DNA from: an uncultured Candidatus Saccharibacteria bacterium
Lineage (GTDB): Bacteria; Patescibacteriota; Saccharimonadia; Saccharimonadales; CAZLTB01
Length of the DNA: 64,000 nt
Direction: 5' to 3'
Assembly (NCBI GenBank): GCA_964562505.1
Contig: CAZLTB010000001.1
Span: 2,024 to 66,023, forward strand
How positions within the stretch are numbered: the first letter of the stretch is position 1; every line of letters begins with the position of its first letter. This document shows, piece after piece, positions 40,389 to 49,857 of this stretch. The translations under genes were made by a program, and so were the position numbers. Under the pieces are notes generated by a model. It searched no databases. It saw nothing but the letters and a program-made list of their open reading frames with translations, and was not told the origin of the DNA.

Positions 40389-40389
40389 G

Positions 40390-41577
40390 CTATTTCCTAA
40401 TTAATGTTACAAGTTCACGGCCCACAATTTGATCAGGTCGATGGTAGATTAATTGATCATCAGACGCATGAACAAAGCTTTGCCGAGTATACCCTAACCG
40501 ATTGAGATGGTCAAGGGAGGGCAGGTGACGAAAGCCACTACTTGTCTTCCAAGCTGGAACAGCAACACACATACGAAATCCTGGTCTGGTTTGGTGTGTG
40601 ATGTTCTGTAGAAATTTTTTATGAATAGTATCCACATCTCTAACCACTTCATTCAAAACTTCAGGTTTTGGCTGACTTGAGAAAGGGCGACCCAGGTAAG
40701 TTTCTGACGAAATGCAACTAACGCCTTTTGGCCATTTGTATGCTGTCGCGTCACCTTGGTTAATGCTTAATAGGCCGCTGAGCTCAGGCTTGTTCTGGCG
40801 CAGCCAATTTATATTTTCTTCTGCATAATCAACCATACGCTGGTCCAGATCGGTGCCAACGGCGTTATAGCCCATTAGTAGTGCTTCTTGCAAAATTACC
40901 CCCGTGCCACAAAAAGGATCAAGTACAGTAATAGTGGCTGGCTGGTCTACTGGCAGCCCAGTAGAGATATTGATAATAATCTGCGCTAATTTGGGGGGCA
41001 GCATTCCGACCCTGGCATCACGCTTAGGTCGCTTCTGATCACGTGCTGCATATGCTTCAATATTCTGGACTTTTACAGCTTGTGCCAGCAGGTCTCTATC
41101 CCCAAGGCCAATGATTACTAACTCTAAACCGGTCTGACCAGTAAGCTGATTGTGAATCGTCTGAGCTGTTGACAGAGCAGGTTCATTATTGGGTACAACG
41201 CGAACAGATCTACCAAAATCCTTGATAACATTTTTAATCGCTAACCCGGTTTTATTGATCTCAGCGACCGGGATCTTCATATCATAAACACTGAGGCCCA
41301 AGCGTATTTTACCTTCAGGTATATAAGGGAGATGCTGAGGGAGCACATTAATGATATGTTTTTTTATAGGTTCCCAACGGTTAGAGGGCACTTCTGTCAG
41401 GAGCTTACACACCTTTAATGTCCCACCTAGTCTCTCAAGAGGAATATCTTCCGGTGATTTGTCGACAAGTGCAGCCGTTGAACCCGCTGGTACAACAGCG
41501 AGCGGCCCAAACATACTTTCAAGCTCAGCTAAGCCAAGAGCTGGTTGTCTTCCCAATATGCATACAGACTGTGCCAT
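40390..41577 (-). CDS. Putative RNA methyltransferase, Trm11/Trm-G10-like (UPF0020-type)
   Basis: LAELES N-terminus, GMLPPKLAQIIIN, LDPFCGTG (motif I), SETYLG (motif IV-like). Confidence 0.75.
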   Translation of the reverse strand: MAQSVCILGRQPALGLAELESMFGPLAVVPAGSTAALVDKSPEDIPLERLGGTLKVCKLLTEVPSNRWEPIKKHIINVLPQHLPYIPEGKIRLGLSVYDMKIPVAEINKTGLAIKNVIKDFGRSVRVVPNNEPALSTAQTIHNQLTGQTGLELVIIGLGDRDLLAQAVKVQNIEAYAARDQKRPKRDARVGMLPPKLAQIIINISTGLPVDQPATITVLDPFCGTGVILQEALLMGYNAVGTDLDQRMVDYAEENINWLRQNKPELSGLLSINQGDATAYKWPKGVSCISSETYLGRPFSSQPKPEVLNEVVRDVDTIHKKFLQNITHQTRPGFRMCVAVPAWKTSSGFRHLPSLDHLNRLGYTRQSFVHASDDQLIYHRPDQIVGRELVTLIRK

Positions 41578-41608
41578 TATTATCAGTATAAGATATAATG
41601 ACGTTCAT

Positions 41609-42685
41609 ATGAGCGAAAAACACAGAGCACGCCGTATAAAAATGGTGCTTACTTTGTTTACTTTAGGCGCTTTGGTTTTTTTGACATATGCAGTAAGACA
41701 ACAAATATTAGATACCATAAGCAACTTTGGCAAGGTAAATCCTTACGCTGTTTTGTTAATTATCCCGTTTGAGGCGCTTAACTATCATGCACAGGCGAAA
41801 ATATACCAGGGATTTTTTCAAATCTTAGGTAACTGGTTGCGATATGGACTGATGTACCGAATAGCACTTGAAATGAATTTCGTAAATAATATTTTTCCGA
41901 GCGGTGGAGTCTCGGGATTTTCATATCTGAGTGTTCGTATGAGGCAATACGATGTGCCGGCTGCGCGATCCACTATCGTGCAAATGATGAAATTCATCCT
42001 GGTATTTATAGCTTTTCAAATATATCTTTTTGTTGGACTTTTGTTGCTGGCCCTTGGCGGTAAGGCCAGTAATTTGTTAATACTGATTGCCAGCTCATTA
42101 ACTACCTTGCTTTTGATCGCTACACTAGGCATTGCTTTTGTGATTGGCAGCAAGAGCCGAATAGACGCGTTCTTTACCTTTATAACTAGATTCCTAAACC
42201 GCGTAATACAAATCTTTAGGCGTAATCAGCCTGAGACCATTAATATCTCTAGGGCCCGCGAAGTATTCAATGATTTACATGAAAATTATATGCTGATTCG
42301 GCATAATTGGAGAGCTCTCAAAAGACCGTTTCTTTACGCTATGTTAGCTAATTTGACAGAGGTGGCAGCTATTTACTCGGTATATGTAGCGTTTGGCCAC
42401 TGGGTTAATCCAGGGGCGGTAATAATTGCTTATGCAGTCGCCAACTTTGCTGGACTCGTGTCAGTACTGCCAGGCGGAGTAGGTATATATGAGGGCCTCA
42501 TGACAGCCGTTATGGCAGCTGGGGGTGTTTCAGCCGCAGTTAGCATCCCGGCTACAATTATGTACCGAGTTGTGAGCATGCTTATACAATTGCCTCCAGG
42601 CTACTTCTTCTACCAAAATGCTCTGCACTCTGTCGGTGGTGAGAAAGTTATAGAAGAAAAAATTGAAGAAGACAGTATCCTCTAA
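41609..42685 (+). CDS. Lysylphosphatidylglycerol synthase TM-domain (UPF0104) flippase-like protein
   Basis: NNIFPSGGVSG, LPGGVGIYE, IMYR; about 8 TMs. Start at ATG 41609; the 41351 extension overlaps the divergent gene. Confidence 0.88.
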   Translation: MSEKHRARRIKMVLTLFTLGALVFLTYAVRQQILDTISNFGKVNPYAVLLIIPFEALNYHAQAKIYQGFFQILGNWLRYGLMYRIALEMNFVNNIFPSGGVSGFSYLSVRMRQYDVPAARSTIVQMMKFILVFIAFQIYLFVGLLLLALGGKASNLLILIASSLTTLLLIATLGIAFVIGSKSRIDAFFTFITRFLNRVIQIFRRNQPETINISRAREVFNDLHENYMLIRHNWRALKRPFLYAMLANLTEVAAIYSVYVAFGHWVNPGAVIIAYAVANFAGLVSVLPGGVGIYEGLMTAVMAAGGVSAAVSIPATIMYRVVSMLIQLPPGYFFYQNALHSVGGEKVIEEKIEEDSIL

Positions 42686-42766
42686 AGATAATATTGGATA
42701 AGAGCCAGGCGCTGGCGAGAAGCGGAATGAGGCGTACAATTAGTACAATGAGAGAGTCTTGAGCTA

Positions 42767-43930
42767 GTGACAAAGCGATATGCCAAGAGCAACATCAGTG
42801 AAGCCAGCTCGGCTGGTTGGAAGACTGGCGAGTCGTTAGTTTTAGGGGTATCAGATTTTGTAGCCGTTTTTAATCAAACCTTAGAGTACGCCTACCCCCG
42901 AGTGTCTATTGTCGGCGAGCTGTCTAATCTCCGGGTTAGTAAGAATCGTTGGGTCTATTTTGATCTCAAAGACGAATACTCTTCCGTGAAGTTTTTTGGG
43001 ACTGTCTATAATTTGCCTGGTCCTCTCGAGGATGGGCTGATGCTCCAGGTAACCGGGCAACCCAGACTGCATCCACAATACGGCTTTAGCATAAATGTGG
43101 AATCAATCCAGTTGGTAGGAGAGGGCTCAATCAAGCGTGCGGCTACATTACTTGAGGCAAAACTTGTGCGTGAGGGGTTGTTTGACGATTCTCGTAAACG
43201 TTCCTTGCCATATCCACCTGCGCGCATAGGCTTAATAACATCGGGTGAGTCTGCAGGATACAAAGATTTTATTAAAATCTTGAATGAGCGTTGGGGAGGG
43301 ATAGATATTCAGCTGGCTGATGTCCAGGTGCAAGGCGAGGCGGCACCGGCTCAAGTTATTGCAGCAATCGACTTATTTAACTCTCGGCCCAAACCAGTTG
43401 AAACGATAGTAATTATAAGAGGTGGTGGTAGTCCGGAAGATCTAGCTGCTTTTAGTACAGAACAGGTGACTCGAGCGGTAGCTAACAGTCGTATACCCAC
43501 CTTAGTTGCTATAGGACACGAGATTGACATTAGTTTAGCCGAACTGGCTGCCGATAAAAGGGCCAGTACGCCAAGTAATGCCGCGGAACTACTAGTACCG
43601 GACCGATTGCACGTAAAAGAACAGCTAGTATCGCAGAAACAGACTTTAGCCGTGGCATTATCTCAGGTTCTTGTTAATGCGCGTCGCCGCGTTGAAACAT
43701 CAATTCTTGAGCTACATAGTCTTTGGGATCAAATCTGGCTGTCGGCAATGAGGATGTTTGATCTACAAACGCAACTACTTACGGCTCTTAGTCCAGAAGC
43801 CGCGTTGAAGCGTGGTTACGCGATTGTACGGCATAACGGGCGCGTTTTGCGATCGTCCAGGCTGGCCAGATCAGGCGACCAGATTCAAATTAGTTTAAGT
43901 GATGGCAAAATTGATGCCGAGGTAAAATAA
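42767..43930 (+). CDS. xseA: Exodeoxyribonuclease VII large subunit
   Basis: GELSN, YFDLKD, IRGGGS.EDL, AIGHEID, ASTPSNAAE, LKRGYAIV. Confidence 0.96.
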   Translation: MTKRYAKSNISEASSAGWKTGESLVLGVSDFVAVFNQTLEYAYPRVSIVGELSNLRVSKNRWVYFDLKDEYSSVKFFGTVYNLPGPLEDGLMLQVTGQPRLHPQYGFSINVESIQLVGEGSIKRAATLLEAKLVREGLFDDSRKRSLPYPPARIGLITSGESAGYKDFIKILNERWGGIDIQLADVQVQGEAAPAQVIAAIDLFNSRPKPVETIVIIRGGGSPEDLAAFSTEQVTRAVANSRIPTLVAIGHEIDISLAELAADKRASTPSNAAELLVPDRLHVKEQLVSQKQTLAVALSQVLVNARRRVETSILELHSLWDQIWLSAMRMFDLQTQLLTALSPEAALKRGYAIVRHNGRVLRSSRLARSGDQIQISLSDGKIDAEVK

Positions 43931-43935
43931 GATAT

Positions 43936-44148
43936 ATGGCAAATACTAAGTCTAATTACGCCGGTCTAAGTCAAGAACTCAATGAAATTTTGACTAAGTT
44001 ACAGTCTTCAGATCTAGATATTGACGAAGCAATAAAGCTATATGAGCGAGGGCTCAACATAGCTAATCAGCTGGAAAAGTACCTAAAAACTGCCGAAAAT
44101 AAGATTACAAAATTAAAATCTGACTGGGGCAAAGAGTCAAAAACTTAG
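43936..44148 (+). CDS. xseB: Exodeoxyribonuclease VII small subunit
   Basis: LNEILTKLQSSDLDIDEAIKLYERG...LKTAENKI; follows xseA. Confidence 0.95.
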   Translation: MANTKSNYAGLSQELNEILTKLQSSDLDIDEAIKLYERGLNIANQLEKYLKTAENKITKLKSDWGKESKT

Positions 44149-44152
44149 AACC

Positions 44153-44638
44153 ATGAGCTTACTTATTGCTTGCATAGGTTTATTAATATTTTTGTTTGGG
44201 TTTGTAGTAGCTTTTGGAGCGCCTTATCTGCCAACGTTAAGTCGCCAAACTGAGACAGCTCTTGATATGTTAGATCTTAGACCTGGGCAAACCCTACTGG
44301 AGCTAGGCTCCGGAGATGGAAGAGTGCTTAAAGCTGCCGCCAAGCGCGGATTAAGAGTTATAGGCTATGAACTTAATCCAATTTTAGTGGCTGTGTCCCG
44401 AATTGCGACATGGCGATATCGACAGAAGGTTCAAATTATATGGGGTGATTACTGGCGAAGTGATTGGCCACAGGCAGACGGGATATTTGTTTTTTTATTA
44501 GATAGGTATATGACAAAATTGGATAAAAAAATTACTCGCTCATATAAAAGGCCGATTAGATTAGTTAGTTTTGCATTCAAGATACCGGGCAAGAAAGAGA
44601 CTGCTTCTAATAACGGACTGTTTTTATATAAGTACTGA
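44153..44638 (+). CDS. Membrane-anchored class I SAM-dependent methyltransferase
   Basis: N-terminal TM, GAPYLPT, ELGSGDGR, GYELNP, LVSFAF. Confidence 0.88.
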   Translation: MSLLIACIGLLIFLFGFVVAFGAPYLPTLSRQTETALDMLDLRPGQTLLELGSGDGRVLKAAAKRGLRVIGYELNPILVAVSRIATWRYRQKVQIIWGDYWRSDWPQADGIFVFLLDRYMTKLDKKITRSYKRPIRLVSFAFKIPGKKETASNNGLFLYKY

Positions 44639-44656
44639 TTTGCTATCATAAGCGGT

Positions 44657-45365
44657 ATGCCCCCAAACCAAATGACGCCGTCTTCGCCTTATGGTTATTC
44701 TTCAGTGCCTCCAGGCCAGAAAAAAGGCAACAAGGTCTTACTTATCATATTGCTGATTTTGTTTATCCTGCTGTCATTTGGTGCAAGCGGGTTTGGTTAC
44801 TGGGCTTTTATGGGTCGTCAGGACTATAAGGATAATGTCGATCGAAAGATCCAGCAGGCAGTTGCTGTAGCTCTGAAGAACAGACAGTAAAAAAGATGCA
44901 GAATTCGCAGAAAAAGAAAAAAGCCCATTCAAGGAGTATAAGTCTCCGTCCACTTTTGCCAGTATAGATATAACTTACCCGAAAACCTGGGCAGCTTTTG
45001 TGACTGAAACTGAAAGGTCTAGTATTCCGGTCGAAGGTTATTTTCATCCCTCCTTTGTCCCTGGGGTACAGTCCGGCACAGATTTTGCATTACGAGTTCA
45101 GGTAACTAACCAGCCGTATGATCAAGAGCTAAAGCAATTTGAGTCAAAGACTAAATCCGGCAAAGTAAAAGTGTCTCCTTATAAAGCACCAAAAGTTCCA
45201 AATGTTCTCGGGTCCAGGGTGGATGGAGAAATAAATAATGGTCAAAAAGACAGCATGGTACTTTTTCCGGTGAGAGACAAAACTCTAAAAATATCTACCG
45301 AATCGGATCAATTTCTATCAGATTTCAATAGCATTATTTTAGCTAATCTGACTTTTGTGCCGTAG
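44657..45365 (+). pseudogene. Membrane-anchored exported protein split by a +1 frame change near 44877-44888
   Basis: The first frame ends ALKNRQ* at 44890. The +1 frame is open from 44877 (RTDSKKDAEFAEKEKSPF...YPKTW...) through ORF 45000..45365. Confidence 0.7.
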
Positions 45366-45422
45366 CTTGACCAATCTTTCGGGTGCTATAATTAGCTTAG
45401 CCAGGAGGATAAAAGTCCAACT

Positions 45423-46118
45423 ATGGACAGGTCAATTACAGATGAAAGACTGTTACGCGCACTAGCAGAGCAGCTCAAGTTGCCGTTGCTACAAATTGCT
45501 CGTCAGGCAGAACAAGCCAACAACTCCTCAGCCGCGCCCTTGGAATCTATAAACGTTATCGCAGATATGTCACTTAGACTTATTGACGGATTTTTATTGA
45601 GTTTTGAGCGCAGTGATCAACATACTCTGATACTAGAGCCTGTCTCTATTTCATCTCTTCTTTATGATACCGCTCAAATTTTGCAGCCTTTAGCTCATTA
45701 TCATGATTGCGAACTGGAAGTTGAACCCGCTGGAAGATATCGTCCAGTTATGGCTCACGAAAAAAGCCTGCAAGCGGCATTTGTATTACTGGGCTATAGC
45801 TTAATGGAGTCTCGTCAAAGGGAATCAAAAAACCAGCGTCTTGTACTAGCGGCTCATCGTAGTGCCCGGGGAGTAGTAACCGGACTATTTGGTGGCCAAC
45901 CTGATCTAACTAGTGATATGCTCCGGCGGGGCCAGGCTTTATATGGAAGGGCGCGCCAAACGCTGCCTGCACTTAGCGCGGGAAGTGGAGCGGGACTTTT
46001 CGTAGCTGATTCACTACTTCATAACATGGCCTCAGGTCTTCATTTGGCAAGACATCATCATATGACGGGTTTAGCCACGACTCTAGTAACCAGCAAGCAA
46101 TTGCAGTTAGTAGAATGA
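45423..46118 (+). CDS. Degenerate histidine-kinase-like protein (DHp/HATPase remnant, no phosphoacceptor His)
   Basis: The H-box region reads ALAEQLKLPL (canonical SHELRTPL); LEPVSI; G2-like SGAGLFVA; no N-box Asn or G1 DxGxG. Confidence 0.75.
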   Translation: MDRSITDERLLRALAEQLKLPLLQIARQAEQANNSSAAPLESINVIADMSLRLIDGFLLSFERSDQHTLILEPVSISSLLYDTAQILQPLAHYHDCELEVEPAGRYRPVMAHEKSLQAAFVLLGYSLMESRQRESKNQRLVLAAHRSARGVVTGLFGGQPDLTSDMLRRGQALYGRARQTLPALSAGSGAGLFVADSLLHNMASGLHLARHHHMTGLATTLVTSKQLQLVE

Positions 46119-46495
46119 TGAATCTTTTACTAGTTGAACCGGACAATATATTAGGCAAAATATATAAGGTGGCGTTGAAGGACATTGGGCATAGAGTTAT
46201 GTGTAGTCATAGTGCCCAGGATGCCATTATTTGTGCAGATAAACGTTTACCGGACTTGATTGTATTGGAGCTGCAGATGCCTGGTCATAGCGGCATTGAG
46301 TTTTTGTACGAACTTCGTTCTTACCCAGACTGGCAAAATGTGCCCGTAATTGTCCATACTCTTATTTCACCCAGAGATATGGAGTCGCATATGCTACGCC
46401 TAAAACAGCTAGGTGTGATTCAGTATCTATACAAGCCAGCTACATCATTGCGCCAACTTCTTCGATCTGTCAGCGAAATTCCTCAGCTAGTATGA
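46115..46495 (+). CDS. Atypical receiver domain (phospho-Asp replaced by Glu)
   Basis: LLLVEPD, PDLIVLELQMP, SGIEFL, VHT, YKP. Confidence 0.85.
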   Translation: MMNLLLVEPDNILGKIYKVALKDIGHRVMCSHSAQDAIICADKRLPDLIVLELQMPGHSGIEFLYELRSYPDWQNVPVIVHTLISPRDMESHMLRLKQLGVIQYLYKPATSLRQLLRSVSEIPQLV

Positions 46496-47187
46496 AGGCG
46501 CAAATAGTTACCGAAGGCATAGTCCTTAGACGAGTTAACTTCCAAGAAACCAGTCGCATTCTAACAATACTGACCCCAGATCATGGCAAAGTTGCATTGA
46601 TAGCAAAAGGTGTCAGACGGTCAAAATCAAAGTTAGCCGGCGGCATCGAATTGTTTAGTGTTAGTCAAATTACGTTCTTGCCTGGTAAAAAAGATATAGG
46701 CACACTTATTTCCACTCGGCTCAAGAATCATTACGGCCATATAGTCAAAGACATTAATAAAACTATGCTTGGCTACGAGCTTTTAAAACACGTTAATCAA
46801 ATTACTGAAGAAGCCGCTGGTGAAGAATATTTCAGTCTACTTGAGTCTGGGCTCACGGGGCTCAACAATCAGAAGCTCTCCGTTGAATTGGTCGAGCTAT
46901 GGTTCAATATGCATTTACTTAAAGTCAGCGGCCACAGTCCAAATCTTAAAACAGATACATCCGGAAATGCGCTAGCAAGCAACCAAACTTACATTTTCGA
47001 TAATGACAATATGTCGTTCAGTCTTCACGATGGTGGCCAGATTGGTTCCGGTCACATTAAGCTTTTACGGCTGGGAATTGGAACCGCTGAACCGGACGCT
47101 CTACTAAAAGTTCAGGGTGTTGAGAAACATCTTTCTCAAACTCTGGCAGTCTCGAAGTCTATGCTCAGTCGTTACGTCAGGCTATAA
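46492..47187 (+). CDS. recO: DNA repair protein RecO
   Basis: EGIVLRR, ILTPDHGKV, AKGVRRSKSKL OB-fold; Zn-finger cysteines absent. Confidence 0.93.
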   Translation: MKAQIVTEGIVLRRVNFQETSRILTILTPDHGKVALIAKGVRRSKSKLAGGIELFSVSQITFLPGKKDIGTLISTRLKNHYGHIVKDINKTMLGYELLKHVNQITEEAAGEEYFSLLESGLTGLNNQKLSVELVELWFNMHLLKVSGHSPNLKTDTSGNALASNQTYIFDNDNMSFSLHDGGQIGSGHIKLLRLGIGTAEPDALLKVQGVEKHLSQTLAVSKSMLSRYVRL

Positions 47188-47197
47188 TCAACTAACT

Positions 47198-47734
47198 ATG
47201 AGCAAAATTGTAGTTTTGGTTGGTTCCGGAACCGAAAAGTCTCGGTCATTGAGACTGGCACAAAATATAGCTAAAAAGCTCGAAACATTTGGGCACGAGG
47301 TTGAAATTATTGATTTGCTTCACCTGAAATTGCCTCAATATAATGTGACTACGGAAGTGAATAAGTCGTATGACCCTAAAACCCAGGAATTCTTAGATAA
47401 ATCGAAAGAGGCTAACGGCTTTGTTTGGGTAACGCCCGTTTACCACAATAGCTTTAGTAGCATTTTGAAAAATGCCTTGGACTGGCAACACTTTTTCTTT
47501 GATAACAAAGTTCTTGGTGTGGCTAGCCACGCCGGGCCAAGCCGAAGTCCCGCAGCTGCTGATCAGCTCTTAATGGTTGCTCGGTCGCAGCACTATATAC
47601 ATATACCCACCAGGGTTTTCACACAAAATTTGGATTATGATGAAAACAAACAGTTGACTAGCCATGAAATTATTGAGCGGATCGAACACTTTGCAGCTGA
47701 GTTTAACGACTTTTTAAAGAAATTTAGTACTTAG
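47198..47734 (+). CDS. NADPH-dependent FMN reductase (flavodoxin-like)
   Basis: VLVGS...S, TPVYHNSFSSILKNALDW; start at ATG 47198. Confidence 0.9.
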   Translation: MSKIVVLVGSGTEKSRSLRLAQNIAKKLETFGHEVEIIDLLHLKLPQYNVTTEVNKSYDPKTQEFLDKSKEANGFVWVTPVYHNSFSSILKNALDWQHFFFDNKVLGVASHAGPSRSPAAADQLLMVARSQHYIHIPTRVFTQNLDYDENKQLTSHEIIERIEHFAAEFNDFLKKFST

Positions 47735-47762
47735 CAAGCATAAAGCGATATAATTACCGCTA

Positions 47763-49109
47763 ATGAGCGACGTAAAACTGGATGACATTGTTTCTTTGGC
47801 TAAACGCCGTGGGTTTGTATTTCAAGCTAGCGAGATTTATGGTGGCTTGTCGGGTTTTTGGGATTATGGCCCACTCGGTGTTGAATTGATAAATAGTCTC
47901 AAAAAAGAATGGTGGGATGCAGTTGTTCATGAATCGGACAACATTTTTGGTGTTGATGGATCAATTATCCAAAATCCTAAGCTGTGGGAAGCTAGTGGGC
48001 ACATTGCCGGATTTAATGACCCGCTCGTTGAAGATGTGGTAACGAAGAAACGCTACCGGGCAGATCATTTGGCAGGTACTGACTCTACGGACTTAAAAGA
48101 ACTTAAAAAACTCTTAAAGGATAAGAAATCTCCGGACGGCAACAAACTTAGCGAACCACGCTACTTTAATATGATGATGAAGACATGGATCGGGCCAGTT
48201 GAGGACGATTCTTCAGTTGCATATTTGCGCCCGGAAACCGCTGGTGCGATTTTTACAAATTATGAAAACGTACGTGAGACTATGCGGGCCAAACTACCGT
48301 TTGGCGTCGCACAAGTAGGCAAGGCATTTCGTAACGAAATTAGTCCTAGGGACTTTATCTTTCGTGTCCGAGAACTAGAACAAATGGAGATGCAATATTT
48401 TATTCGCAAACAAGATCAAAAAGAAGTTTATGAATATTGGCGCAATTTCGCTTGGAAGTTTCTGATTGACCGACTCAGTATCTCCGAAAAGAACCTTCAG
48501 TGGCATGAACACGGTGATGATGAAAGGGCGCATTATGCGGCTGCAGCACACGATATTTACTTTAAGTTTCCGTTTGGTTTTAAGGAACTTTGGGGCACAC
48601 ATAATCGTACTGATTTTGATCTTTCTAATCACATGCGTGTTAGCGGAAAAGATCTGGAGTATTTTGACGAAGAAACTAAAGAAAAGTTTACGCCGTATGT
48701 TATTGAGTCGTCAGTTGGAGTTGGAAGGATGTTCCTAGCCGTTCTGTCAAACGCATACCATGAAGAAGAAATTAACGGCGAGAAACGAATTGTTCTAAAG
48801 CTGGATCCCAGACTTGCGCCCTATAAAGTTGCTGTTTCGCCACTACTTAAGAACAAGCCGGAACTGGTTAAGAAGGCAGGGGAAGTTTACCAAAGCCTTA
48901 AAAAAGAATTCGGAAATGTTATGTGGGACGACAATGGTAATATTGGCAAGCGCTACCGCCGCCAAGACGAAATCGGTACCCCGTACTGCGTCACAATCGA
49001 TTTCCAGACTCTAGATGATAAAACTGTCACAATAAGAGATAGAGACAGTACGAAGCAAGAACGGGTGGACATAGGAGAGGTTAGCAAATATGTCCATTCT
49101 AAATTATAA
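47763..49109 (+). CDS. glyS: Glycine--tRNA ligase, alpha2 (GlyQS/eukaryote-like) type
   Basis: KRRGF, DYGPLG, YLRPETA, FRNEISPR, IGKRYRRQDEIGTP. Confidence 0.97.
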   Translation: MSDVKLDDIVSLAKRRGFVFQASEIYGGLSGFWDYGPLGVELINSLKKEWWDAVVHESDNIFGVDGSIIQNPKLWEASGHIAGFNDPLVEDVVTKKRYRADHLAGTDSTDLKELKKLLKDKKSPDGNKLSEPRYFNMMMKTWIGPVEDDSSVAYLRPETAGAIFTNYENVRETMRAKLPFGVAQVGKAFRNEISPRDFIFRVRELEQMEMQYFIRKQDQKEVYEYWRNFAWKFLIDRLSISEKNLQWHEHGDDERAHYAAAAHDIYFKFPFGFKELWGTHNRTDFDLSNHMRVSGKDLEYFDEETKEKFTPYVIESSVGVGRMFLAVLSNAYHEEEINGEKRIVLKLDPRLAPYKVAVSPLLKNKPELVKKAGEVYQSLKKEFGNVMWDDNGNIGKRYRRQDEIGTPYCVTIDFQTLDDKTVTIRDRDSTKQERVDIGEVSKYVHSKL

Positions 49110-49824
49110 AAATTTCGAAGCATTCGCTTTTGATTTTGATGGTCTTCTAGCTGATAGCAGGCAAGCCCACACAACTGCAAGACGCCAAGCTTTTAGTCAA
49201 ATGGCCGAGGAAACTGGCGATGAAAGGTACAGACAAATACCTAGTATATTACATGAAAATGCACATTTTCATGGACAGAGCTCCACTGAAATAATTGGCT
49301 GGGTGCTGAAAGAAGCCGGCATAACTAAAGCAATTGATGATGAAGTCTCTCAAGAGGTTGTAGATAAGAAAAAAGAAATCTATAAGATAAAAGCAAGCCA
49401 TGGCCTACCCGCAATGGAAGGCGTGGTTCGCTTCACTAACCGACTTGCAAAGCATGTTCCGGATAATCTCGCAATCGTAACGACAGCTTATAGACAACAA
49501 GAAGTCATGCCCTTTTTAAGAAGGCATAGGCTAACTGATGTTTTTCCACGCGAAAGGATTGTTGCCAGGGAAGACACCACGCGTACAAAACCATTACCTG
49601 ACCCATATTTAATGCTAGTCGATAATTTGGGCATCAAACCCATAGATCTTTGTGCTTTTGAAGACTCGGCTGGAGGTATTCAATCGGCAAATAGAGCCGG
49701 TGCTTATGTGGTAGCAGTGGCTACTACGCATTCAGCAGTTGAACTTAGCCAATTTGAAAACGATACCGCACCCAGAGCTATAGCTTGGAGCTTTGAAGAA
49801 CTCGGTGACATGTTGGAAGTCTAA
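49090..49824 (+). CDS. HAD-superfamily phosphatase (beta-PGM/CbbY-like)
   Basis: FDFDGLLADS, VTT, KPLPDPY, FEDSAGG. Confidence 0.9.
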   Translation: MSILNYKNFEAFAFDFDGLLADSRQAHTTARRQAFSQMAEETGDERYRQIPSILHENAHFHGQSSTEIIGWVLKEAGITKAIDDEVSQEVVDKKKEIYKIKASHGLPAMEGVVRFTNRLAKHVPDNLAIVTTAYRQQEVMPFLRRHRLTDVFPRERIVAREDTTRTKPLPDPYLMLVDNLGIKPIDLCAFEDSAGGIQSANRAGAYVVAVATTHSAVELSQFENDTAPRAIAWSFEELGDMLEV

Positions 49825-49857
49825 GTTTTTGCCTAAAACTGTTATGATTGAAACAAG

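Noticed and set aside
45368-45393. TTGACC...TATAAT before the pseudokinase as a member of the strong-promoter class
   Set aside because: The spacer is only 14 nt and there is no TAGCA palindrome; only the extended -10 (TGCTATAAT) is credible.
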